Positions 1 to 6,164 of a stretch of DNA of 64,000 nucleotides are shown here, piece by piece. This DNA is from a virus. Lineage: Duplodnaviria > Caudoviricetes. The stretch covers positions 1-64,000 of the IMG/VR virus record IMGVR_UViG_3300034082_002867; one strand, 5' to 3'. The notes under the pieces were generated by a model. The model did not search any database, was not told the DNA's origin, and saw only the letters and a list, made by a program, of their open reading frames with translations. How positions within the stretch are numbered: position 1 is the stretch's first letter; each line of letters starts with the position of its first letter. The position numbers and the translations under genes were made by a program.

Positions 1-37
1 AGTAGACTTGAGTGGATTTAAAATGTATTGAAAGAGT

Positions 38-117
38 TGGAGTAGCTAGACTTGCACTAGCGTAGGCTTGCGCCGGGAGATTTACAGTCTCCTGTAATTG
101 CTGCTATACGATACTCC
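38..117 (-). tRNA. tRNA-Tyr(GUA), long variable arm, non-canonical T-loop UGCAAGU
   Basis: Cloverleaf on minus strand; anticodon arm GGAGA-CU GUA AA-UCUCC; encoded CCA. Confidence 0.9.
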
Positions 118-128
118 AGTTAAAAAAA

Positions 129-203
129 TGGCTCCAGAGGAAGGATTCGAACCTCCAACACGCGCATTAACAGTGCGCTACTCTACCATTGAGCTACTCT
201 GGA
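129..203 (-). tRNA. tRNA-Asn(GUU)
   Basis: Anticodon arm GCGCA-CU GUU AA-UGCGC; GGUUCGAAUCC T-arm; CCA. Confidence 0.95.
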
Positions 204-210
204 ACTAAAG

Positions 211-287
211 TGGCGTTCCCGGCAGGATTTGAACCTGCGACCATCCGCTTAGAAGGCGGATGCTCTATCCAACTGAGCTACGGGAAC
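211..287 (-). tRNA. tRNA-Arg(UCU)
   Basis: Anticodon arm UCCGC-CU UCU AA-GCGGA; canonical D and T arms; CCA. Confidence 0.95.
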
Positions 288-302
288 GTAAAATCTACAA
301 CT

Positions 303-330
303 ATCTTATACTCTATTATAGTATTGTCAA
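303..330 (-). promoter_or_regulatory. sigma70-type promoter TTGACA-N16-TAAGAT upstream of Arg/Asn/Tyr tRNAs
   Basis: Motif read on minus strand; same geometry as ten other sites in the window. Confidence 0.7.
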
Positions 331-348
331 TAGTTTTTTAAAAAAGAA

Positions 349-657
349 CTAAGCTTCAACAAGCTTATATTTTACACCATCAATTTCCACTATCTTGCCT
401 ACACAAGGAGCCTTAGTCTTTTGAATTTGCTTGCGCCAGTCAGTTTCAGTTAGTTCTTTGCCATTCAAATACCAAAACTTGTTTCCATTCGCCCATTCCA
501 CAGCAGGTCCATCAGTACGATCACGCTCACCATTCAAATACCAAAACTTGGTTCCATCAGAATATTCAACAGCAGGTCCATGTTCACAATGGAGCTTGTC
601 ATTGAAACGCCAAAGCTTGGTTCCGTATTCGTCAACAGTTACAGTATATGTAATCAT
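349..657 (-). CDS. Small protein with tandem 23-aa GPAVE-x-DG-x-K-x-WYLNG (MORN-like) repeats
   Basis: ORF track; 69-bp DNA repeat unit visible at about 462 and 531. Confidence 0.75.
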   Translation of the reverse strand: MITYTVTVDEYGTKLWRFNDKLHCEHGPAVEYSDGTKFWYLNGERDRTDGPAVEWANGNKFWYLNGKELTETDWRKQIQKTKAPCVGKIVEIDGVKYKLVEA

Positions 658-666
658 AGTTTTAAT

Positions 667-694
667 AGTTTATCAGAGTTTTCAGACAAGTCAA
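667..694 (-). promoter_or_regulatory. sigma70-type promoter TTGACT-N16-TAAACT with extended -10 TG
   Basis: Motif directly upstream of the 657 start. Confidence 0.65.
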
Positions 695-711
695 TAGTTT
701 TAAAAATTGTT

Positions 712-918
712 TTAATACTGAGGAATGATAGTAACAATATTCTTGAGTTTAACAACTTTAGTATATTTAATTATCAATCCACAGCAATACACTTTGACCT
801 GTTGATTTTTGTTCTTTTTGAGAATACTTTCAGTTACATAACCAGTCTCAGTAAGCTCATCGCCCCACTGATTAGTTTCACCCGTCTTAAACTCAACAAA
901 AGCGTAGAACAATTTCAT
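712..918 (-). CDS. Hypothetical protein, 68 aa
   Basis: ORF track; co-oriented with neighbours. Confidence 0.5.
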   Translation of the reverse strand: MKLFYAFVEFKTGETNQWGDELTETGYVTESILKKNKNQQVKVYCCGLIIKYTKVVKLKNIVTIIPQY

Positions 919-978
919 CTTGGATACATCCTACAGGAATTCTTCAGGGAAGTCAACGATTTTTTATAAAAAAATTAA

Positions 979-1042
979 ATCCCACTAGAAGTAAGTCTTT
1001 TTAAAGAACGGGGCATGAAGCCCCTTGTCCTTCTAATGAGAT
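979..1042 (-). ncRNA. Candidate structured RNA: 13-bp closing stem plus inner GGGGC/GCCCC hairpin
   Basis: AUCUCAUUAGAAG pairs with CUUCUAGUGGGAU using two G-U pairs that exist only on the minus strand; follows a boxA-like motif. Confidence 0.4.
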
Positions 1043-1254
1043 AAATTATTTAAAGAACTGGATGACCATGACTTGCGAATATACGAGGATTTCACTATTG
1101 TTCCATATATTATGGAAAATCAATACATTTACTTTCGAACATATATGTACTTTTTTTCCAAATGTCTTCTCGTTCAATTTCAGTCTCTTCTACTGTCTTG
1201 TAGTGTGCTATAATTCTATACACCAATGGTCAAAATTAATACCCATTTTTTTCT

Positions 1255-1393
1255 CAGTGTAAAGTGACTAGAAACATTATCACTTGGGCGCACTGTATGT
1301 TTTTTCGCAGATCAGGTCGCTCAGTTGTCTAATATACCGGATTATTTCCAGTACCTCAAACTACGTCTTAGTGACGACTGCCCTCATTGCTGC
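1255..1393 (-). ncRNA. Candidate multi-stem ncRNA downstream of tRNA-Leu
   Basis: GCAG/CUGC closing ends (1307-1393), hairpins UACUGGA/UCCGGUA and CGUC/GACG, further hairpin 1255-1295; no credible ORF. Confidence 0.45.
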
Positions 1394-1422
1394 AAAATTA
1401 TTAAAAGAACAAAAAAGCTCTG

Positions 1423-1795
1423 TCCAGCGAGGGGGACTTGAACCCCCACAGTGTTATTAGCACCTGCGGATTTTACCTGCCACTATAGTTTTCACTACCA
1501 GATTTCTCTGTTTGTGGTCTGGACTATGCCTTCTCCGTATTGATTTCAAGTCAATCTTAGGAGGGTGATTATAGTCTCTACACCTTATCAATTGAAGCTG
1601 ATTTAAATTGACAACTTCAATTAAGCTTGGCTCGGCGTTGGGATATAGTAAGATATTATTTCAATCTCTCCCCAAACCATTTCTGCTAAGGGGTTGCACT
1701 ATGAACCGTTCACCGAATTTACACCATACTCATACACAATTTCTCATGTATGGACCCTTAAGAGTCCGCTGCGTCTGCCATTTCGCCATCGCTGG
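1423..1795 (-). tRNA. tRNA-Leu(UAA), split: 5' exon 1795-1763, 3' exon 1475-1423
   Basis: Joined exons give acceptor CCAGCGA/UCGCUGG, anticodon arm GCGGA-CU UAA AA-UCCGC, long variable arm, GGGGG-UUCAAGU-CCCCC T-arm. Confidence 0.9.
1476..1762 (-). mobile_element. Group I self-splicing intron, 287 nt, no ORF, inserted after U33 of tRNA-Leu
   Basis: P1 GGACU|C-UUAA-GGGUCC with U-G at the splice site; P AAAUUCGGUGAA, Q AACGCCGAGCCAAG, R GUAGAGACUAUAA, S AAGGCAUAGUCC (P7 GACUAU/AUAGUC); terminal G. Confidence 0.92.
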
Positions 1796-1831
1796 ACAGA
1801 ACTTTCTTATTCAGTTGTAAAGAACACGCAC

Positions 1832-1860
1832 AATCTACTAGAGATTATGGCCCCTGTCAA
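1832..1860 (-). promoter_or_regulatory. sigma70-type promoter TTGACA-N17-TAGATT followed by boxA-like GTTCTTTACAA, upstream of tRNA-Leu
   Basis: Motifs read directly. Confidence 0.7.
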
Positions 1861-1871
1861 GGGGAAAAAAT

Positions 1872-1946
1872 TGGCAGTCCATAAGAGAATCGAACTCTTG
1901 TTCCCGCCGTGAAAGGGCAGTGTCATAACCACTAGACTAATGGACC
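1872..1946 (-). tRNA. tRNA-Glu(UUC)
   Basis: Anticodon arm CUGCC-CU UUC AC-GGCGG; CCA. Confidence 0.95.
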
Positions 1947-2008
1947 GTTAAAATTTTATTGAAAGAGCTAGCCCAAGTCTTATAATAATGTGTAATAAGA
2001 ATTGAACT

Positions 2009-2587
2009 ATGGATAAATCTACACTAGAGACCTACGTTAGTCAAGGACTTTCACTCGGACAAATTTCAAAAATTACTAACAAAAGTAGAACGAGCATTCG
2101 CCATTGGCTTAAAAAATTTGATTTAAAAACTAAAAACAAATCTTTTAAAGAACAGCCACGAACTAAAAGTATTGTACTTATTAATGATATACAATTCAAG
2201 AAATGTCCTAAATGTGAAGGAGTGAAAAACTTGCAAAATGAATTTTACACTTCTAAAAATGGTGATGTTCATGGATGGTGTAAGCCGTGTAATAATAAAA
2301 TCACTTATGAAAAACAATTAGCTAGAAAAGTAGAATGTGTGAAATATAAAGGAGGCAAATGCATTGTTTGCAATTACGATAAATATATTGGTGCATTAGA
2401 TTTTCATCATATAAACCCAGAAGAAAAAGAATTTAATATAGCTCAACTAAGAAGTTATAGTTTAGAATTCTTAACTAAGGAATTGAATAAATGCGTTCTG
2501 CTTTGTAAAAACTGTCACGCTGAAGTGCATCATGGATTAGTAGATTTAAAAGAACAAATTAAAATTGGTGGTCTGAGCGGGGCTTGA
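2009..2587 (+). CDS. HNH endonuclease with N-terminal HTH and Zn-ribbon, free-standing, antisense to the tRNA array
   Basis: CIVC...LDFHH...CVLLCKNCHAEVH; last codons overlap tRNA-Ile antisense. Confidence 0.9.
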   Translation: MDKSTLETYVSQGLSLGQISKITNKSRTSIRHWLKKFDLKTKNKSFKEQPRTKSIVLINDIQFKKCPKCEGVKNLQNEFYTSKNGDVHGWCKPCNNKITYEKQLARKVECVKYKGGKCIVCNYDKYIGALDFHHINPEEKEFNIAQLRSYSLEFLTKELNKCVLLCKNCHAEVHHGLVDLKEQIKIGGLSGA

Positions 2588-2643
2588 ACCCGCAACTTCA
2601 CGCTTATAAAGCATGTACTCTGAACCAGTTGAGTTACCAGACC
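2566..2643 (-). tRNA. tRNA-Ile(UAU)
   Basis: Anticodon arm CAUGC-UU UAU AA-GCGUG; A73; CCA. Confidence 0.9.
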
Positions 2644-2668
2644 AACAAGAAATATGCAATAGTCTCTG

Positions 2669-2745
2669 TGGGCCGTGTCGAGATCGAATCGACAATCAAC
2701 ATTTTATGAGAATGCTGCTTTAAGTCCAGTTTAAGCTAACGGCCC
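2669..2745 (-). tRNA. tRNA with CAU anticodon, probably Ile2 (lysidine type); elongator Met not excluded
   Basis: Anticodon arm GCAUU-CU CAU AA-AAUGU; acceptor GGGCCGU/ACGGCCC has C4-G69 and C5-G68; no encoded CCA. Confidence 0.85.
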
Positions 2746-2786
2746 ATAGAAACTACTACATATTAAATTTTAAAGAACGAAATATA

Positions 2787-2859
2787 TTAAGCAGCGGGAA
2801 ACGTATTTCCATCTATCATAAATAACACACGTTATAATGATAGTGACTTCACTGCTTAA
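2787..2859 (-). ncRNA. Candidate three-way-junction RNA
   Basis: UUAAGCAG/CUGCUUAA closing stem; hairpins CUAUCAU/AUGAUAG and GGAAA-UACG-UUUCC. Confidence 0.4.
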
Positions 2860-2867
2860 AATTATAA

Positions 2868-2996
2868 AATTAGATTAAGGATTTCACGGCGAGCTAATTA
2901 GGCTCAATAGATTTTTTAGATCCTTCCGTTCAGCCCATATACGCATCTTTTGCTAAAAGGATTCTAACCTCAGATGGGGCCATCTATCTTCTAATT
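2868..2996 (-). ncRNA. Candidate multi-stem ncRNA downstream of tRNA-Lys
   Basis: AAUUAGA/UCUAAUU closing stem; hairpins AGAUG/CAUCU, GAGC/GCUC, AAGGAU/AUCCUU. Confidence 0.45.
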
Positions 2997-3021
2997 TAAA
3001 TTGTAAAAGAACTGAAAAAAT

Positions 3022-3096
3022 TGGTGCATCCGGTGAGATTCGAACTCACAACCAACGGCTTAAAAGGCCGCTGCGCTGCCATTGCGCCACGGATGC
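3022..3096 (-). tRNA. tRNA-Lys(UUU)
   Basis: Anticodon arm GCGGC-CU UUU AA-GCCGU; CCA. Confidence 0.95.
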
Positions 3097-3116
3097 ATTA
3101 TTGAAAGAACATTGAC

Positions 3117-3144
3117 AATCTATCACACTTTCTTCAATTGTCAA
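3117..3144 (-). promoter_or_regulatory. Promoter TTGACA-N16-TAGATT (TG extended) plus boxA-like motif, upstream of tRNA-Lys
   Basis: Motifs read directly. Confidence 0.7.
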
Positions 3145-3203
3145 GCGGACTTAGCAGAAACTTCAAACTACCTTCAACTACCTGCTGCATCCAAAGAACA
3201 CGA

Positions 3204-3668
3204 TCAATTTATCATACTTTCACTGATTGTCAAGGGATTCTTGATACCTTCTGGAATTTCTGTGATCCCCGCATGAATCTCACCGTGACAATTCGCACAA
3301 ACCAAAATACATTTTTTCAACTCATTCACTAATTCTTCATCTGATTTTCTTTTTCTTACTATCGCATCTGAAATAGTAAACTTTTTATTTGTACCGGGAA
3401 GATGATGAAAACTCAGTACGCTTTGACACTTATCATAAGAACAAATTTGACATTTGCCGCCAAACTTATTTCTTACTTCTTCTTTCTTTGCAAATCTATT
3501 AGTCTTTTTAAAAGTCTTAGATCGATTTTGATGGCTTTTTTGATAACCTAGATCTATGTAATAAGAAACTAATGTTCTTGAACATTTGAGAAGCTTAGAA
3601 ATTTCATTTCCTGTTTTGCCCTCAGATCTTAATCTGAGGATTTCTTCTTTATACAAACTTCTTTTCAT
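3204..3668 (-). CDS. HNH endonuclease with N-terminal HTH (start revised to ATG at 3668)
   Basis: CQIC...LSFHH...CILVCANCHGEIH; the longer track ORF overlaps tRNA-Thr. Confidence 0.88.
   Translation of the reverse strand: MKRSLYKEEILRLRSEGKTGNEISKLLKCSRTLVSYYIDLGYQKSHQNRSKTFKKTNRFAKKEEVRNKFGGKCQICSYDKCQSVLSFHHLPGTNKKFTISDAIVRKRKSDEELVNELKKCILVCANCHGEIHAGITEIPEGIKNPLTISESMIN
3206..3233 (-). promoter_or_regulatory. Promoter TTGACA-N16-TAAATT (TG extended) plus boxA-like motif, upstream of a small hairpin RNA
   Basis: Motifs read directly; embedded in the end of the HNH ORF. Confidence 0.65.
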
Positions 3669-3674
3669 AAAAAT

Positions 3675-3749
3675 TGGAGCTTCGCCAGAGACTTGAACTC
3701 TGCTCTGAGGTTTACAAAACCTCTGCATCGCCATCTATGCTTGCGAAGC
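3675..3749 (-). tRNA. tRNA-Thr(UGU)
   Basis: Anticodon arm GAGGU-UU UGU AA-ACCUC; CCA. Confidence 0.92.
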
Positions 3750-3767
3750 TTGCTTGAATATCTTACA

Positions 3768-4697
3768 CTATTTCTTTATAGTTTCTAAAGCTTTACATCC
3801 ATTAGTAGTAATATATCTAATACTATCAATACTAATAAAGCCTTTACGAATTAAATACAATTCATGATCGCGCTGAATCGCGGTTCTTGACAAACCAGTT
3901 TTTGCAGCGAGCATAGAAAGAGTACAGCTACCTTCTTTACGCAAGATATTTAATATCTGCCATTCAATTCTATTTAAACCATAAGGTAAAATACCAAGAA
4001 TAAAGAAAAGCTTTTGTGCATCTTCTTTTGTGAAGTCAGTTATCTCGTATCTATCTGTATATAACTTAACCTCTTTAGCGCGGAGGACGCAAGACCGTGC
4101 GTTACCTCTGGATGTTTCGGACAACATTGAAAGAGCATCTTCATCAAAATTAATATTTGGCAAAGACTTTTGAAAGATCTCTCTCAACTCGCTCGTATTG
4201 TAATCTGCAAATTCAATCGTCGTCAATCGATCACGCAACGGAATAAATAGCTTATCTGATTCAGTTGTCGCGAATATAAAATGATGCTTCTTGAAATTGA
4301 AGATGTAATTATTTTTGCCGCCATTATATTCTATTACATGATCTTTCTCTGTAGATAGAATAGATAGTAGTGCATAACTAAAATCTCTTGGCAAACAATG
4401 CGCTTCATCAAAGAAACAAATAATTTCTTGATCTTGAATGTGGGGCAGAAAAACTTGTTCGAAAAACTGATTCCCCGATTTAATACTAGAACTATTTAGT
4501 TCAAGTAGTGGCTTATTAACTCCGGTGGTGTTATAAATGTTCTTAGCAAATTCGCGAACAAACGCGGTCTTACCTAAACCTTTTGCACCAACGAAGTTTA
4601 AAAACGGTACAAGTTCAGTCTTAGCGTGAGCTTCCAAATAAAAGGAAAGCTTGCGTTTAACTTCTTCTTGTCCAACAAGTTCAGCGAAGTGATTCAT
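3768..4697 (-). CDS. ruvB: RuvB-like Holliday junction branch-migration AAA+ ATPase
   Basis: LVGQEEVK, GAKGLGKT, FFDEAH, FATTE..PLRDR, GNARS, C-terminal winged helix ending ELYLIRKGFI. Confidence 0.85.
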   Translation of the reverse strand: MNHFAELVGQEEVKRKLSFYLEAHAKTELVPFLNFVGAKGLGKTAFVREFAKNIYNTTGVNKPLLELNSSSIKSGNQFFEQVFLPHIQDQEIICFFDEAHCLPRDFSYALLSILSTEKDHVIEYNGGKNNYIFNFKKHHFIFATTESDKLFIPLRDRLTTIEFADYNTSELREIFQKSLPNINFDEDALSMLSETSRGNARSCVLRAKEVKLYTDRYEITDFTKEDAQKLFFILGILPYGLNRIEWQILNILRKEGSCTLSMLAAKTGLSRTAIQRDHELYLIRKGFISIDSIRYITTNGCKALETIKK

Positions 4698-4948
4698 TAC
4701 TGAGAGATAGTAAACTCTGCAACAGGCTCTTCGTCAAGCTGATTCAGAATGTCTTGAGGAATCGAATCACCGTCCTGAACCGACGCTGTAGGAACGTTGC
4801 TGTACTTGCCATACCAAACACGGCCAACAGTAACAGTGGCATTCACATCGTTGTTAAGCTTCGCGAGAAGCTCGGCCAACGTGATTTCAATAGTGGAGGT
4901 TGCACCAATGGGGCGACCACGACCTTTTTTAGCTGATGGGTTTTCCAT
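4697..4948 (-). CDS. Small putative DNA-binding protein with AT-hook-like KKGRGRP (start revised to ATG at 4948)
   Basis: MENPSAKKGRGRPIG..., acidic C-terminus. Confidence 0.6.
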   Translation of the reverse strand: MENPSAKKGRGRPIGATSTIEITLAELLAKLNNDVNATVTVGRVWYGKYSNVPTASVQDGDSIPQDILNQLDEEPVAEFTISQ

Positions 4949-5138
4949 ACGAGATGACTTTAGCAGGTTTTTAGAGGTTGTCAACGGCTTACGCAAGATT
5001 TTTTGAAAAAAGTGAGGAGTGGGGACGAAAAAAGACCCGATATCAAACACAAGCTTGATGCGCTTCGGGTCTTGCTGTTTTTTAATCAATAGATCAAAGT
5101 TTAAACAGTTTATGTTGCGCTAATATATATTACACTAT

Positions 5139-5309
5139 TTATTCATTTTCACGACAATTATCTTCTTCTTCATCATCATCTGTAAGATTGTTGTCTATTT
5201 CATCTGCATAATCTTCGTAGCAAAATATGCAAACTATCTTTTTACCGACTTTTTGGTAATCGTCGTTTTCAGTGTCGATAAATTCGTTGCAGTATAAACA
5301 TTTTTTCAT
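5139..5309 (-). CDS. 56-aa CxxC...CxxC protein with acidic tail (not in ORF track)
   Basis: Hand translation MKKCLYCNEF...VCIFCYEDYADEIDNNLTDDDEEED. Confidence 0.65.
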   Translation of the reverse strand: MKKCLYCNEFIDTENDDYQKVGKKIVCIFCYEDYADEIDNNLTDDDEEEDNCRENE

Positions 5310-5361
5310 ACTTATATTCTATTTGTACATATCATACAAGTAAATGGGAAAAAATAAAACA

Positions 5362-5637
5362 TTATTCTTTACTTTTTGCGATAAACTTATTATATACAAG
5401 TTTACCTAGATTGGCGGCGAACTTTCTGGCTTTTCTTTCTGGTAAATCAAATAGATGAGCATGAAATACTTCTTCAATCAATACGTTAAGTTGGCGGCGA
5501 GTTAATAATCTAGGATCAACATGAATTTGAGGGTTTTCTATTTCTGGAGAATCGCACAAACCAGAAGCGTTTTGTCGCCCTAATGGTTTATTATAATTAA
5601 CTGTATATTCTACACCCTCGAAATTCTTGAATTTCAT
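5362..5637 (-). CDS. Hypothetical protein, possible degenerate zincin-like motif (EEVFHA)
   Basis: ORF track; overlap-coupled to upstream gene. Confidence 0.55.
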   Translation of the reverse strand: MKFKNFEGVEYTVNYNKPLGRQNASGLCDSPEIENPQIHVDPRLLTRRQLNVLIEEVFHAHLFDLPERKARKFAANLGKLVYNKFIAKSKE

Positions 5638-6164
5638 ACTTCGTTCATTTTAGATAGACCAACGATATAATTCAATGGATTTTTAGCTCCGTAACGCTTT
5701 ATTGTTTTATTTGTATCGAAATCGTTTCTTGAGATAACGCCTAGTAGTTCGATATCAATTGCATTTTCTGCATTTACTGTTAACGCTTTTAAGATTTTTT
5801 CTTTATTTGTTCTCGCTAAAATGTATTTTTTTGGCTTTTTAGAGTCAAACTCTGTAACTTTTATTTTTAACTCTGGTTCGCCATAACCATAATAAGTTAT
5901 TGTTTTAATTTCCTCACCATCAAAATCTTCAGAGTCTCGTACTTCATATATATTTTCATCAACAGATCGATTTGTGTGCTTGGCCCACGCATATTCGCCA
6001 ACTATACCTATAAAATGAGGCAAATAGTTCTCGACTGGATTATTAAGATCTCTATCCATTAATATTCCAGTATTTTTTATATTATCTGATTTAGCATCGT
6101 GCCTTTTTTTAGCCAAAGCTAATATGTAATTTATTTCTTTTTTTGTAATTGTTATAGTTTTCAT
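5634..6164 (-). CDS. Hypothetical protein, possible PD-(D/E)xK nuclease fold
   Basis: GIVGEYAW...DFDGEEIK pattern. Confidence 0.45.
   Translation of the reverse strand: MKTITITKKEINYILALAKKRHDAKSDNIKNTGILMDRDLNNPVENYLPHFIGIVGEYAWAKHTNRSVDENIYEVRDSEDFDGEEIKTITYYGYGEPELKIKVTEFDSKKPKKYILARTNKEKILKALTVNAENAIDIELLGVISRNDFDTNKTIKRYGAKNPLNYIVGLSKMNEV

Noticed and set aside
431-969. Plus-strand ORFs 431-697 and 580-969
   Set aside because: Antisense to better-supported minus-strand genes that have promoters
1307-1393. Known ribozyme or riboswitch (hammerhead, twister-sister, hatchet, theta/HDV, TPP)
   Set aside because: Only short partial resemblances (ACCUGAUC, CUCAUU); conserved cores are absent and it does not abut a tRNA 3' end
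1423-1795. Alternative splice giving tRNA-Leu(CAA)
   Set aside because: Would need a 5' exon ending in C and an intron ending in U, violating the P1 U-G and terminal-G rules that the UAA reading satisfies
1608-1912. Plus-strand ORFs 1608-1820 and 1694-1912 as an intron-encoded endonuclease
   Set aside because: Antisense to the intron and tRNAs; no nuclease motifs
3669-3734. N-terminal extension of the HNH ORF in the track
   Set aside because: Overlaps tRNA-Thr on the same strand; ATG at 3668 is more plausible
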